From: Gammaproteobacteria bacterium
GTDB taxonomy: Bacteria > Pseudomonadota > Gammaproteobacteria > CAJXQU01
Assembly (NCBI GenBank): GCA_965238175.1
Contig: CBDEGZ010000003.1
Span: 928,001-992,000, forward strand
Direction of reading: 5' to 3'
DNA: 64,000 nucleotides
This document shows positions 20,386 to 31,754 of the stretch, in pieces; within the stretch, counting starts at the first letter, position 1, and every line of letters starts with the position of its first letter. A program made the translations under genes and the position numbers. The notes beneath the pieces were generated by a model. It saw only the letters and a list, made by a program, of their open reading frames with translations. It was not told the origin of the DNA and did no database searches.

Positions 20386-20603
20386 ATTAGTACATATCAA
20401 CTTCAACGGTGGGTGAAGTATGTTTGTATTTCGGTAGCATTTTGAATCGTCATTAACGAAGGTTAAGTCGTTCACCAGAACGCTTCGCTTTTTTATCAGT
20501 TTTCAAACATATTTCAATCAAGTACATCCGTTTAAACTGTCAAGTTTAGAGGTCAGCTTAACGATAGCGTAAACCGACTTGCGAGAGCTTGATATAATAC
20601 GAA

Positions 20604-21854
20604 TCAAGCTTGATTAAATTGAAAATAACTATCCCAAATTTGATCTAATTTTATTCTCGCATCGGCAAGTGGAACAACGGAAATTTGATCGTTATGCAAT
20701 TTGATTAATTCCAAATCCTCTAGTTTTCTAAGTGCATCGCTAATCTCGAAATTTAATGCGTGTTGATACTTTTTTTGAAACCATTGTTCTATTTGGTGAT
20801 CAAGTTGTTCCGCATTGATATTTTTGTCTGAGCGTAATAAAAAATAATAGGCGAGAATGGCTTCTTTACATTCCTCTTCTTCAGCAGCATCAATCAGTTG
20901 ATGAAAAACACCGGTGTTATTATCTAAATTTTTGAAATAAAGATTGTCTGCAAGCGTCTTCATGAATTTGATCTTGCGGTTTTTAAAATTACTAAATTGT
21001 TTCCACAAGAAAGCGCCGAGTGTTCCGAAGCCAGCCACTAGCGCTAGTAAAGCGGCTTGATCAAGCACGACAGGTTCATGATGTAGTCCGAACCAGAAAG
21101 CCAATAATGATCCAGTCAATATAAGGGTTGCCCCTAATTTTGTTGCAAGCATAATTATTCCACCGACAGCGGCAGGTATACCGATGATCAATTTGTCGAT
21201 GGTTTTCATTTTTACTTCCGTGTTTGGGAAAAGCATTTCAAGATCTGATCGAGGAATATTCTGGAACAGTTTTATCGTGGTTGATCCTGGTTTGAAAAAT
21301 AAGTCTTTTCGTTGCTGCTGATCAAAATATTTCTGTTCTTTATACTTCACATAGATCACAACACGATCATAATTTATAAACGAAATGAGTTTCTTTTTTA
21401 ATCCAAAAAAACTCAGTAAGGTTTCGTGCTTTTCTGATTCACCACGTCGAAAAAAGAGTACTTGTTCAAAATCATCAAAATCAACATTCAAACGGATCTT
21501 GAAAAGAGACTCTTCTAGTAAGGCACGATCTAAATCTTCTTGGGTAATGATTTCAAAATTAGCCGCATCTAATAATTTTTTTAATTCTGAAATTAAAACC
21601 TTCTCCATTTTGTTTCTTTGATCGCTGGATTTTTTGTAAACAAGTTTCGTATCCGCATCTGGGTTAACGGGTGCGTAATTATCTTTCAGAAGTTCAAGGC
21701 TTTTGTGAAATTTAAAATGGAAGATACTTTCAAGGAGTTTGCAGACATCCTGAAATTTCAGAAGATCTTGTGCCGATAAATGAGCCTCTTCGCAGCACAT
21801 CGAAACAATGTCAGATTTTCGATAGGGAATAAAACGTTGTTTGCTTTCAGTCAT
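20604..21854 (-). CDS. TMEM143/DUF3754 family protein
   Basis: RFIPYRKSDI, KLFQNIPRSDLEMLFPN, LYFKNLDNN.GV and AEEEECKEAILAY motifs. Confidence 0.85.
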   Translation of the reverse strand: MTESKQRFIPYRKSDIVSMCCEEAHLSAQDLLKFQDVCKLLESIFHFKFHKSLELLKDNYAPVNPDADTKLVYKKSSDQRNKMEKVLISELKKLLDAANFEIITQEDLDRALLEESLFKIRLNVDFDDFEQVLFFRRGESEKHETLLSFFGLKKKLISFINYDRVVIYVKYKEQKYFDQQQRKDLFFKPGSTTIKLFQNIPRSDLEMLFPNTEVKMKTIDKLIIGIPAAVGGIIMLATKLGATLILTGSLLAFWFGLHHEPVVLDQAALLALVAGFGTLGAFLWKQFSNFKNRKIKFMKTLADNLYFKNLDNNTGVFHQLIDAAEEEECKEAILAYYFLLRSDKNINAEQLDHQIEQWFQKKYQHALNFEISDALRKLEDLELIKLHNDQISVVPLADARIKLDQIWDSYFQFNQA

Positions 21855-21883
21855 TCTTTTGGATTCAAGCTGGTCAGAGTTCC

Positions 21884-23299
21884 TTACAGATGCAATGTCC
21901 TTCCGTCAACGCTCAAAGAGGCTTCATGCATGGCTTCTGATAATGTTGGATGTGCGTGAACAGTTCTGGCGATATCTTCGGTACTTGCTTCAAATGACAT
22001 CGCGAGTACAGCCTCACTGACCAATTCTGAGGCATTCGGGCCAAAGATATGAACACCGAGTAATTCATCGGTTTCAGCATCGCCGATCATTTTGATCAAT
22101 CCTGCAGTTTCGTTCATTGCGCGAGCGCGTCCGGTTGCGGCAAATGGAAAACTGCCGACTCGAATCTTCCGACCTTCTGCTTTTAGTTGTTGTTCTGTTT
22201 TCCCGACCCATGCAATTTCTGGCCAGGTGTAGACTACCCATGGAATATTATCGTGGCTAAAATCAGGTTTTTGACCATCGATCAATTCCGCGACCGCAAC
22301 GCCTTCTTCCATCGCTTTATGCGCGAGCATGGGCCCGTGGATCGCATCACCAATCGCAAAAACATTTTCCAAGTTGGTGCGGCATTGCTCATCGGTTTCG
22401 ATGAAACCACGCTGATCAACTTTTAAACCAACTTGATCAGCATTGAGACCTTCAGTATTTGGTTTTCGTCCGATGGCAACAATCAGTTTATCTACTTCCA
22501 AATTGCGGGATTCACCATTCTGATCGTACTGAACTTTTACCTTTCCATTGGCTTTTTCACAGCGGGTCATTTTTGCGCCGAGCTGAATATCTAATCCTTG
22601 TTTGATCAAATTCTTTTGGGCTTCTTTTGCGATATCATGATCTGCCGCTGCCATGAAATCATCCATGGCTTCGATGACGGTTACTTTTGAGCCAAGTCTG
22701 CGCCAGACGCTACCGAGTTCTAAACCAATGACACCAGCGCCGATCACACCCAATGTTTCCGGGACTTCAGCAAAAGATAAGGCACCCGTTGAATCAACAA
22801 TTTGATCATTATCAACAGGCGCGGGTGGTAATACCGCCGGAACAGATCCCGTCGCAATGATTATTTTTTTCGCGCTGACAGTTTGAATTTGATTATCAAT
22901 AGCTTTGATCTCAATTTCTGAATTTGATCGCAAGCTACCGGTGCCTTCCAATAGAGTGATATTGTGTTTTTTGAATAAGCCAGCAACACCCATTGTCAGG
23001 ATCTGGACAATTTTATCTTTACGCTTAAGCATTTTGCTGACATCCATTTGTGCGTTTTCAACAGTGATGCCGTGATCTTTTGCGTGTTTGTTAATGTCTT
23101 CAAAATGGTGTGATGAATCAAGCAATGCTTTCGATGGAATACAGCCGACATTGAGACAGGTTCCGCCGAGTACCGTCTTGCTTTTATCGCTTTGCCATTT
23201 TTCGACACAGGCGGTTTTCATGCCGAGTTGAGCACAACGAATAGCGGCAACATAACCACCGGGACCACCACCAATTACGACCACATCATAATTATCCAT
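21884..23299 (-). CDS. lpdA: Dihydrolipoamide dehydrogenase (E3)
   Basis: GGGPGGY, GGTCLNVGCIPSK and HAHPTLSE motifs. Confidence 0.97.
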   Translation of the reverse strand: MDNYDVVVIGGGPGGYVAAIRCAQLGMKTACVEKWQSDKSKTVLGGTCLNVGCIPSKALLDSSHHFEDINKHAKDHGITVENAQMDVSKMLKRKDKIVQILTMGVAGLFKKHNITLLEGTGSLRSNSEIEIKAIDNQIQTVSAKKIIIATGSVPAVLPPAPVDNDQIVDSTGALSFAEVPETLGVIGAGVIGLELGSVWRRLGSKVTVIEAMDDFMAAADHDIAKEAQKNLIKQGLDIQLGAKMTRCEKANGKVKVQYDQNGESRNLEVDKLIVAIGRKPNTEGLNADQVGLKVDQRGFIETDEQCRTNLENVFAIGDAIHGPMLAHKAMEEGVAVAELIDGQKPDFSHDNIPWVVYTWPEIAWVGKTEQQLKAEGRKIRVGSFPFAATGRARAMNETAGLIKMIGDAETDELLGVHIFGPNASELVSEAVLAMSFEASTEDIARTVHAHPTLSEAMHEASLSVDGRTLHL

Positions 23300-23331
23300 C
23301 TTTGTTCACCCACCTTAATTTTGTATCTTAG

Positions 23332-24573
23332 TTAGATCTCAAGAAACAGCATGGCTGGATCTTCTAATTGTTTTTTGATCGACACCAAAAAAGACACCGC
23401 TTCACGGCCGTCAATGATTCGATGATCATAAGATAATGCAACAAACATGACAGGTCGGATCACAACCTGGTTATTTTCTGCAACAGGACGATCTTGTATT
23501 GCGTGCATACCTAAAATCGCACTCTGAGGAGGGTTAATAATCGGTGTTGATAACATTGATCCAAATGTGCCGCCATTGGTAATAGTAAAAGTGCCGCCAG
23601 TCAGATCGTCTAATGTTAGATTAGAGTTTCTGGCTTTATCACCAAGCTCGCGTATTTCTCCTTCAATTCCAGAAAAGGATATTTGATCCGCATCACGAAT
23701 TACGGGTACGACCAAACCTCTGGGTGAGCTGATCGCGACGCCAATGTCGTAAAAGTCGTGATAGACGATATCTTGATTTTCAATCGATGCATTGATCAGC
23801 GGAAACTCTTTTAATGCATTGATCGCTGCTTGCACAAAAAATGGCATAAAGCCTAAACGATAACCATATTTTTCTTCGAATTTAGGTTGGATTTTTGTGC
23901 GTAGTTGTTTAACCGCATTTAAATTGATCTCATTAAATGTGGTCAGAATTGCATTTTCAGATTGAGCAGATAATAAACGCTCGGCCGCGCGTTGACGTAA
24001 GCGACTCATCGGTACGCGCCGTTCTTGTCTTTCTGTTACGGGTGGATTATCTTTTTGAGAAATAAAGCTGGCTTCAGTGACATTTGTTTCAGAGTGAGAT
24101 GGTGAATTTTTTATTTCTTCGTTTTGTTTTTGCAGATGGGTTTGCACATCGGATTTTGTAATTCGACCCTCTTTACCACTACCTTCAATTTTATTCGTAT
24201 CAAGACCTTTTTCTGTAATTAATTTGCGTACAGCAGGGCCTGGAGCAGGCGTTGTTTTAGATGATAGCTCTGGTGTTTCTTCATTAAGAATTTCTATTGA
24301 TGTTTTTTGGACATGTTTTTGATCGGGCATTTCAGCATCGGTATCAATAATCGCCAGAATATCTCCGGCGACAACAATATCGCCTTCACCTTTTATGATT
24401 TCTTTAATGATGCCATCGTTTTGTGCAGCAACTTCCAGGGTGACTTTATCTGTTTCCAGATCAATTAAACTTTCACCCCGTTTGATGAAATCACCGGGTG
24501 ATTTCTGCCATTCGAGTAAAGTGGCATCCGCGACGGATTCTGCTAAAGCCGGTACTTTTATTTCTTCTAACAT
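23332..24573 (-). CDS. sucB: 2-oxoglutarate dehydrogenase E2 (dihydrolipoyl succinyltransferase)
   Basis: Lipoyl motif ETDKVTLEV and YDHRIIDG; start MLEEIKVP overlaps the sucA stop (TAATG). Confidence 0.96.
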   Translation of the reverse strand: MLEEIKVPALAESVADATLLEWQKSPGDFIKRGESLIDLETDKVTLEVAAQNDGIIKEIIKGEGDIVVAGDILAIIDTDAEMPDQKHVQKTSIEILNEETPELSSKTTPAPGPAVRKLITEKGLDTNKIEGSGKEGRITKSDVQTHLQKQNEEIKNSPSHSETNVTEASFISQKDNPPVTERQERRVPMSRLRQRAAERLLSAQSENAILTTFNEINLNAVKQLRTKIQPKFEEKYGYRLGFMPFFVQAAINALKEFPLINASIENQDIVYHDFYDIGVAISSPRGLVVPVIRDADQISFSGIEGEIRELGDKARNSNLTLDDLTGGTFTITNGGTFGSMLSTPIINPPQSAILGMHAIQDRPVAENNQVVIRPVMFVALSYDHRIIDGREAVSFLVSIKKQLEDPAMLFLEI

Positions 24574-27356
24574 TATTGATCCAGTTTCAGTGCTTCTTTG
24601 ATTATAACTTCTTGTTGTTTGATATGTTTGGAAAGATAACCAACCGCAGGCGACGCTGAATAAGGTCTGGCGATACAAGTTAATTGATGATGGCTATCTA
24701 CGGCTCCAGACAGATGTGATCGACCTAATAAATAAAACCAGCTTCCCTGATTGACCGGTTCTTCTTGAATCCATACTACCTCTTTAGCATTTGGGTATTT
24801 ATCAATTATGGTCTCTACTTCCGGTTTTGGAAATGGGTACAGTTGTTCAATTCGAAGAATAGCAATATCGTCAATCTGGTGAGAACGCCGAGCTTCGAGT
24901 AGATCGTAATAGATCTTGCCACTACAAAATAATAAGCGTGTGATGTTGTCTTTATTCAGTTCATCTTTTTCATCTAAAACGTATTCAAATTGTCCATGGG
25001 TAATGTCTTCTACTTCGGAGACAGATAACTTATGGCGTAACAAACTCTTCGGTGTCATGACGATCAATGGCTTGCGGTATGGACGCAGGATCTGACGACG
25101 GATCATATGGAACATTTGTGCCGGTGTGCTCGGAATGCAAACCTGCATATTGTCTTCAGCACAAAGTTGTAAATAACGCTCTAGTCGAGCAGAGGAATGT
25201 TCGGGGCCTTGGCCATCATAACCGTGTGGCAAGAACATAGTCAGGCCACAATGGCGGCCCCATTTTGCTTCACTGGAAGATATAAATTGATCAATAACAA
25301 CTTGTGCGCCGTTGGCAAAATCACCGAATTGGGCCTCCCAGATAACAAGTGCATCTGGCTCAGAGCTGCTGTAACCAAATTCATAAGCAAGAATGGCTTC
25401 TTCAGAGAGAATCGAATTGATGATCCGGAACTTCGCTTGATCAGGTTTTATATGCTTGAGTGGGACAAATACGTCACCAGTATTCATATCGTGGATAACT
25501 GCATGACGATGTGCAAATGTGCCGCGTTCGCTGTCTTGCCCTGATAATCTGATCGGGTAACCAGCTTCAACCAGACTGGCATATGCGAGGCTTTCAGCAA
25601 AGCCCCAGTCCATATTAATCTCTCCTGCTGCCATTAATTGACGATTACTGAGGATCTTTTTCACGCCACGATGTGTCGTAAAGCCGGTTGGTAAGGTGGT
25701 TAACTTTTCGCTCAATAGATCTAAATGAGATTTACTGATGGTCGTTGCTACTTCATCTCGCCAGTTTGTGCCTATATAAGGGTGGAAATTGGTTTTAAAT
25801 TCTTCTTCCCCAAGCGCACATAGTTGCTGGCCTGCGACAGGCTCATTTCTTTCCAGGGAAGCAATATAATTTTCTTTCATCTCACTGACTTGTTCCGACG
25901 TAACAACTTCTTCATTGACTAATTTGGTCGCATAAATTTGTCGTATATTTGGACGGTTTTTGATCTTTTGATACATCAATGGCTGGGTAATCATCGGTTC
26001 ATCTGCTTCACTATGGCCATGCTTTCTATAGCAGATCAAATCGATAACAATGTCTTTATTGAATTCTTGACGATAAGCGAATGCGAGCGAGCCTGCGTAA
26101 ACAACAGCTTCTGGATCATCACCATTGACATGAATGATTGGTGCCTGAACCATTTTTGCGACATCTGTGCAATATAGAGTTGAGCGTGAATCAAGCGGAT
26201 CGCTTGTCGTGAAGCCAATCTGATTATTGATCACGATATGAACGGTGCCGCCCGTTGCGTAACCTCGCGTTTGAGACAGGTTGAAGGTTTCCATGATCAC
26301 GCCTTGTCCTGCAAAGGCAGCGTCGCCATGGATCAAAACAGGCATTACCTGATCTCTTGCTATATCGTGCCGTCGATCCTGACGAGCTCGAACAGAGCCT
26401 TCGATGACAGGATCAATTATTTCCAAATGTGAGGGATTAAAGCCTAAAGTCAGGTGTACAGGCCCGTGGAGCGTGTCGATATCTGAAGAGAATCCCTGGT
26501 GATATTTGACATCGCCGGTTCTCGATTCGGTATCACCTTTGCCTTCAAATTCATCAAATAGATCGGCGGGTTGTTTGCCTAAGGTGTTGACAAGAACATT
26601 GATTCTGCCTCGATGAGCCATACCAATAACAAGCTCTTTCACGCCATCTTCTGCGGAGTCTTGTATGATGTTATTCAGGAGTGGAATAAGGCTTTCCCCA
26701 CCTTCTAGAGAGAATCTTTTTTGGCCGACATAACGACTATGAAGATATTCTTCGAGCGAACTTGCTGCGACGATTCGTTCGAGTATTCGGCGTTTTTTCT
26801 CAAAGGTGAATCCAGGGTTGCCACGATCAACCTCAAGACGTTGTTGTAACCAACGTTTTTGAGATGTTTCATTTATGTGCATGTATTCAATGCCGAGTGT
26901 TCGGCAGTAGGTTTTTTGCACAATATCGACAATTTCTCTTAAGGTTGCTTGTCTGATCCCTTGTAGTGAACCGGTATTGAAAACGGTGTCCATATCGGAC
27001 TCCGAGAGATTGTGATAGCTAGGTTCTAGCTCAGGTACTTCGGGGCGTTCATAGAGCTGTAACGGATCTAAATTTGCTCGTCGATGGCCACGGAAACGGT
27101 AAGCATTGATCAGTTGTAAAACAGATACTTGCTTACTAGCGTGACTGGCTAGTGCTTCATCAGAAAGCACTGCTTTAGGGTTGGTTAAGTTGGGCTTAGT
27201 TTCACTTTTTCCTAAGTCGGTTTTTTGTGATTCAGCTGCAGTGTTTTGAACAAAATACGTTTTCCATTGACTATCAACAGCATTGGGATTGTCTAAATAG
27301 ACTTCGTACAACGCCTCAATGTAGTTTATATTGTTACTGTTCAGGCACTTTGCCAT
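24573..27356 (-). CDS. sucA: 2-oxoglutarate dehydrogenase E1
   Basis: [37 protein letters not shown] and [11 protein letters not shown] motifs. Confidence 0.97.
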   Translation of the reverse strand: MAKCLNSNNINYIEALYEVYLDNPNAVDSQWKTYFVQNTAAESQKTDLGKSETKPNLTNPKAVLSDEALASHASKQVSVLQLINAYRFRGHRRANLDPLQLYERPEVPELEPSYHNLSESDMDTVFNTGSLQGIRQATLREIVDIVQKTYCRTLGIEYMHINETSQKRWLQQRLEVDRGNPGFTFEKKRRILERIVAASSLEEYLHSRYVGQKRFSLEGGESLIPLLNNIIQDSAEDGVKELVIGMAHRGRINVLVNTLGKQPADLFDEFEGKGDTESRTGDVKYHQGFSSDIDTLHGPVHLTLGFNPSHLEIIDPVIEGSVRARQDRRHDIARDQVMPVLIHGDAAFAGQGVIMETFNLSQTRGYATGGTVHIVINNQIGFTTSDPLDSRSTLYCTDVAKMVQAPIIHVNGDDPEAVVYAGSLAFAYRQEFNKDIVIDLICYRKHGHSEADEPMITQPLMYQKIKNRPNIRQIYATKLVNEEVVTSEQVSEMKENYIASLERNEPVAGQQLCALGEEEFKTNFHPYIGTNWRDEVATTISKSHLDLLSEKLTTLPTGFTTHRGVKKILSNRQLMAAGEINMDWGFAESLAYASLVEAGYPIRLSGQDSERGTFAHRHAVIHDMNTGDVFVPLKHIKPDQAKFRIINSILSEEAILAYEFGYSSSEPDALVIWEAQFGDFANGAQVVIDQFISSSEAKWGRHCGLTMFLPHGYDGQGPEHSSARLERYLQLCAEDNMQVCIPSTPAQMFHMIRRQILRPYRKPLIVMTPKSLLRHKLSVSEVEDITHGQFEYVLDEKDELNKDNITRLLFCSGKIYYDLLEARRSHQIDDIAILRIEQLYPFPKPEVETIIDKYPNAKEVVWIQEEPVNQGSWFYLLGRSHLSGAVDSHHQLTCIARPYSASPAVGYLSKHIKQQEVIIKEALKLDQ

Positions 27357-27562
27357 TCGATCAGTTCCTGCGAATTGGTTTCAAAGATTAATACCGATTT
27401 AACGACTTAAAAACAGATTATGCTATACTTACGCGTTTTACCAATGCCAATTATCACAATAATTATTACATTATTTTTTATATTGCGTTAGCAATTACAA
27501 TACCAGTTTGCTTGGTGAGTTAAGGCTACGAGACAACTATAATATATCGCTGGAGTATTTTA

Positions 27563-28864
27563 ATGACATCTGAGACAGTAACCATAACGGATAATTCAAC
27601 AGGGAAGACGATTGAATGCCCAATTCTTAAAGGAACGTATGGAGCACCAGTTATTGACACTGCGGCACTCTATAAAGAGTTGGGAATGTTCACTCTTGAT
27701 CCCGGTTTTACGACAACGGCGAGTTGTCGTAGTGCTATCACTTACCTTGATGGTGAACAAGGTATCTTGCTGCATCGTGGATATCCCATTGAGCAGTTAG
27801 CAGAAGAAAGCTCATTTCTGGAGGTTTCTTATCTACTACTACATGGTGAATTGCCAACTACAACTGAATTTGCAGAATACGAAGGTAAGATCAAACAATA
27901 CAACATGGTGCATGAGCATTTGATGCGCTTTTTCAATGGTTATCGTTATGACGCACATCCAATGTCGATCATGGTGGGCGTCACAGGTGCAATGGCTTCT
28001 TTCTATCACGAACAAGTAGATGTAAAAGACCCGGAAGATAGAATGAAGATCGCGATGCGTTTGATCGCTAAGATGCCAAATATTGGTTCTAAGGTTTATA
28101 AACATGGGGTTGGTGAGCCGTTTATCTATCCCGATAATTCATTGGGTTATATCGAAAATCTAATGAACATGATGTTTGCTATCCCTTCTCAGCCTTATGA
28201 GCTTCATCCAAAAGCAGTCTCTGCACTTGATCAATTGATGATTTTGCATGCAGATCACGAACAAAATGCCAGTACGTCAACGGTACGTCTATCAGGTAGT
28301 TCAGAAGCAAATCCACTAGCTGCAATTTCTGCAGGCATTTCAACACTTTGGGGTAAGGCTCATGGTGGTGCTAACGAAGCTGTTCTGGAAATGCTCGAAG
28401 AAATTGGAGATGTGAAGAACATTTCTAAGTTTATCGCTCGTGCAAAAGATAAGAGTGATAACTATCGCCTAATGGGCTTTGGACATCGTGTCTACAAAAA
28501 CTTTGATCCTCGTGCGACAATTATTAGTAAAGCCTGTCACGAAGTGCTGGATGATATGGATGAAAACTCAGAACTACGTCCATTGATGGAAATTGCGATG
28601 GAGTTGGAACGAATTGCACTGGAAGACGAATACTTCATCGAGCGTAAGTTGTATCCAAATGTTGATTTTTACTCAGGTATAATCCTGCGCGCATTGGGTA
28701 TTCCAACAAACATGTTCACAGTATTCTTTGCAATGGCACGTTCTGCAGGATGGATAGCAAACTGGCATGAAATGATGGGAGATTCAGATTTCCGAATTGG
28801 CCGTCCACGTCAGCTTTATACGGGTTCAGCAACACGTGATTATGTGGCCATGGATAAACGTTAA
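27563..28864 (+). CDS. gltA: Citrate synthase (type II)
   Basis: [25 protein letters not shown] and YPNVDFYSG motifs. Confidence 0.97.
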   Translation: MTSETVTITDNSTGKTIECPILKGTYGAPVIDTAALYKELGMFTLDPGFTTTASCRSAITYLDGEQGILLHRGYPIEQLAEESSFLEVSYLLLHGELPTTTEFAEYEGKIKQYNMVHEHLMRFFNGYRYDAHPMSIMVGVTGAMASFYHEQVDVKDPEDRMKIAMRLIAKMPNIGSKVYKHGVGEPFIYPDNSLGYIENLMNMMFAIPSQPYELHPKAVSALDQLMILHADHEQNASTSTVRLSGSSEANPLAAISAGISTLWGKAHGGANEAVLEMLEEIGDVKNISKFIARAKDKSDNYRLMGFGHRVYKNFDPRATIISKACHEVLDDMDENSELRPLMEIAMELERIALEDEYFIERKLYPNVDFYSGIILRALGIPTNMFTVFFAMARSAGWIANWHEMMGDSDFRIGRPRQLYTGSATRDYVAMDKR

Positions 28865-28936
28865 AATCGCAGTTAATAGCCAACATTAAATTAAACTTTT
28901 TTGTAGGTATTTATCTTGCTGGTAGTTAATGTTCTA

Positions 28937-28969
28937 GAGGCATCTCACTCAAAGTGAGGTGCCTTTTTT
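28937..28969 (+). terminator. Terminator-like hairpin between gltA and mdh
   Basis: AGGCATCTCACT...AGTGAGGTGCCT followed by a T run. Confidence 0.6.
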
Positions 28970-29001
28970 ATTAAGCGAAAGTTTAGGGGAGAGGATTGAT
29001 T

Positions 29002-29982
29002 ATGAAAAAACCTGTTCAGGTGGCAGTTACGGGTGCAGCTGGTCAAATAGCGTATTCAATATTATTTCGAATTGTTTCAGGTGAGATGTTGGGACCGGAT
29101 CAACCAGTAGTTTTACGGTGTCTTGAAATCACTCCAGCCATGCAAGCGCTAGAAGGTGTTGCGATGGAGATTGATGATTGTGCATTTCCATTATTAGAAG
29201 GGCTTGTGCTTAGCGATGATCCAAACGAAGCATTTAAGGGTGCTGACATTGCGATGTTGGTCGGTGCACGACCACGTGGACCAGGGATGGAGCGTTCTGA
29301 TCTGCTGGAAGCTAATGGCGGAATATTCAAAATTCAGGGTGAAGCCATTAACGGCAATGCTAATAGTGATGTAAAAGTTGTCGTAGTTGGTAATCCTGCA
29401 AATACTAATGCCCACACGGCAATGCGTTTTGCACCGGATCTAAACCCGCATAATTTTACCGCCCTTACACGACTTGATCATAATCGCGCTCTTTCGCAAT
29501 TGGCTGCAAAAACGGGAAGCAGTACGCGAGATATTAGAAAGATGACGATCTGGGGAAATCATTCCACAACTCAATATCCTGATATCAGCCATACAACAAT
29601 TGCTGGAAAAGCGGCAAAAGATCTTGTTGATCAGGCCTGGTATGCCGATGAATATATTCCACGCGTTGCTAAACGTGGTGCGGAAATTATTGCTGCAAGA
29701 GGTGCATCCAGTGCTGCATCTGCTGCAAATGGTGCGATCGAACATATCCGTGATTGGGTTCTAGGAACGCCTGAAGATGATTGGACAAGCATGGCTGTTC
29801 CAAGTGATGGTAGTTATGGTATCCCAGAGGGACTGATGTATTCATTTCCAGTACGTTGTAAGAATGGTGGTTATGAAATTATACAAGGGTTAGAAATTGA
29901 TGAATTTAGTCAAGCGAGAATGGATCTAACCCAGAAAGAGCTAGAAGAAGAACGTGATGCGGTTAAAGAACTGATTGGGTGA
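29002..29982 (+). CDS. mdh: Malate dehydrogenase
   Basis: [33 protein letters not shown] and WGNHS motifs. Confidence 0.97.
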   Translation: MKKPVQVAVTGAAGQIAYSILFRIVSGEMLGPDQPVVLRCLEITPAMQALEGVAMEIDDCAFPLLEGLVLSDDPNEAFKGADIAMLVGARPRGPGMERSDLLEANGGIFKIQGEAINGNANSDVKVVVVGNPANTNAHTAMRFAPDLNPHNFTALTRLDHNRALSQLAAKTGSSTRDIRKMTIWGNHSTTQYPDISHTTIAGKAAKDLVDQAWYADEYIPRVAKRGAEIIAARGASSAASAANGAIEHIRDWVLGTPEDDWTSMAVPSDGSYGIPEGLMYSFPVRCKNGGYEIIQGLEIDEFSQARMDLTQKELEEERDAVKELIG

Positions 29983-30212
29983 GCAAAATCTTTTGTCCAG
30001 TGGACAAAAGATTTTGCGAACGAGCGGCAAGGATGCCGTGCCGGAGAGATCCACCATGGATGGTTAGTATTACAAAACTGAAAAGAATGACTAGAGATAA
30101 TGTTATTGGAAAAAATATTGTCCAGTGGACAAAAGATTTTGCGAACGAGCGGCAAGGGTGCCGTACCGGAGAGATCCACCATGGATGGTTAGTATTACAA
30201 AACTAAAAAGAA
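29983..30212. repeat. Two ~95-bp direct repeats (period 125 bp) with palindromes
   Basis: 29993-30087 versus 30118-30212 differ at 3 positions; the first copy carries a perfect 17-bp IR (29983-30017). Confidence 0.9.
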
Positions 30213-30292
30213 CGGTGTTTCTTACCGTTACCTGGAAAGATTATTTGTACGTTCTGGTTCATAGGATATTATTCAGAAAAAACTATATTTCA

Positions 30293-31093
30293 CTATAGTG
30301 AAGTTACGGCTGTTGTTTCAGTTGATGTTGCAGTCTCGGTATTGGCCATCCAATAACCTGCCCCCATAAACAGGCTGCCACCAATAATATTACCTAACGT
30401 AACCCAAAGAAGGTTATGTCCCATACCCACTAACGAGATGCTTTCAGGGTGCTGGCTAAGCAGGGCGATTGATAATAAGGTCATATTTGCAACGCTATGT
30501 TCAAAACCACTGGCAATGAATGCAAGCAAACACCAGAAGATAGCAATACACTTTGCCACTTCATTCCTTAGTCGTGCTGCCATCCATAATGCAAGGCAGA
30601 CCAGCCAATTACATAAGATAGCTCGGGAAACAAGCTCTATTACAGTGGAGTTCATCTTATAATCTGCGACCTTATGTAATAAGCCTACCCCTCCATGTAA
30701 TAACTCACCACCACCACCGGCGACAAAGATCAAGGCGAGTATGACTGAGCCGGTCAGATTCCCTATCCATGCGGCTACCCAAACTTTTCCCAAATCAACA
30801 AGCGTTGTTTTCTTTTTGAGCCAGCCGAAGACCATATACATGGTATGGCCGGTAAAGAGTTCAGAGCCAGCAAAGACCACGAGTGTCAGGGCTATGCCGA
30901 ATGTGGCACCCATAATTAATTTCTGAAAAGCCACGGGCACTTGTCCCGCAGTGCTAAAGATTAAAATAATTCCAAGCCCAACATAAGCACCTGCCATCAT
31001 TGCTCCTATTAAAAAAGCTAATGGAGAATTTCTGACTGCAGTTGCTTTTTGATCTGCAACATTAGAAAAATAATTGATTGTTTCTTTGTACAT
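30293..31093 (-). CDS. nirC: Formate/nitrite transporter family channel (NirC-like)
   Basis: GSELFTGH, WIGNLTGS, LCNWLVCLA, GFEHSVANM and LGNIIGG motifs; start at MYKETINYF. Confidence 0.88.
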   Translation of the reverse strand: MYKETINYFSNVADQKATAVRNSPLAFLIGAMMAGAYVGLGIILIFSTAGQVPVAFQKLIMGATFGIALTLVVFAGSELFTGHTMYMVFGWLKKKTTLVDLGKVWVAAWIGNLTGSVILALIFVAGGGGELLHGGVGLLHKVADYKMNSTVIELVSRAILCNWLVCLALWMAARLRNEVAKCIAIFWCLLAFIASGFEHSVANMTLLSIALLSQHPESISLVGMGHNLLWVTLGNIIGGSLFMGAGYWMANTETATSTETTAVTSL

Positions 31094-31141
31094 ATTTTGA
31101 TCACTACCGTTAGTTAATTTTAAAAAATAAACAAATTTATT

Positions 31142-31190
31142 TTGACATTTTTTATTTGTTTCATATAAGATACAACTATAAATAATTTTT
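31142..31190 (+). promoter_or_regulatory. Sigma70-like promoter with a possible overlapping NsrR-type half site
   Basis: TTGACA (31142-47) with TATAAG/TAAGAT 16-18 nt downstream; AAGATACA overlaps the -10. Confidence 0.4.
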
Positions 31191-31211
31191 ATCAATACAA
31201 GGAGATAAAAA

Positions 31212-31739
31212 ATGCAGGAAATAGCTTGGGGTATTTCTCTAGTGCTCATGTTAGTTATCATCGGTGTCTTTATGTTTGTTGTTATAAACTCTGGACAAAA
31301 AGTTGAATACGCGCCGGTACAAACGCGTTTCTATAAAGTGCGCAGTGGTTTGTTTTGGGTAATGGTCGCTGGTTTTTTCGTGGTGACATTCAGTACTATT
31401 CAAGGAATGCCATACGCAGCCAAGGATTTAGACACAAGCACAGGTGAGATACAGGTTATCGATGTAGAAGGCTTTCAATGGTATTGGAAGTTAAGCAATA
31501 GCAAAGTAAAGGTAAATCGACCGGTTTTGTTTAATGTCACAAGTGGGGATGTTAATCATGGTTTGGGGATCTATGACGAAAGCCTAACCTTGTTAGCACA
31601 AACACAGGCAATGCCTGACTATATCAATAAGCTTGAATACACCTTTAAGAAACCTGGCACTTATAAGATTTTGTGTATGGAATATTGTGGTATGGCACAT
31701 CATGTTATGACCGCCGTTATTGAAGTTACCTCAGAATAA
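31212..31739 (+). CDS. CuA-containing subunit II of an atypical heme-copper oxidase (NorS-like)
   Basis: Two TM helices, GFQWYW, DVNHG and CMEYCGMAHHVM. Confidence 0.85.
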   Translation: MQEIAWGISLVLMLVIIGVFMFVVINSGQKVEYAPVQTRFYKVRSGLFWVMVAGFFVVTFSTIQGMPYAAKDLDTSTGEIQVIDVEGFQWYWKLSNSKVKVNRPVLFNVTSGDVNHGLGIYDESLTLLAQTQAMPDYINKLEYTFKKPGTYKILCMEYCGMAHHVMTAVIEVTSE

Positions 31740-31754
31740 TTTCAGGAGAGAAGA

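Noticed and set aside
24574-24678. N-terminal extension of sucB (similar extensions for nirC 31094-31261 and SCO 33098-33211)
   Set aside because: They overlap neighbouring genes; downstream ATGs give family-typical starts and stop/start coupling.
29910-30206. ORFs 29910-30182 and 29979-30206
   Set aside because: Translations of the repeat DNA with no protein-like features.
29983-30212. CRISPR array
   Set aside because: Only two 95-bp units, far longer than CRISPR repeats, and no cas genes.
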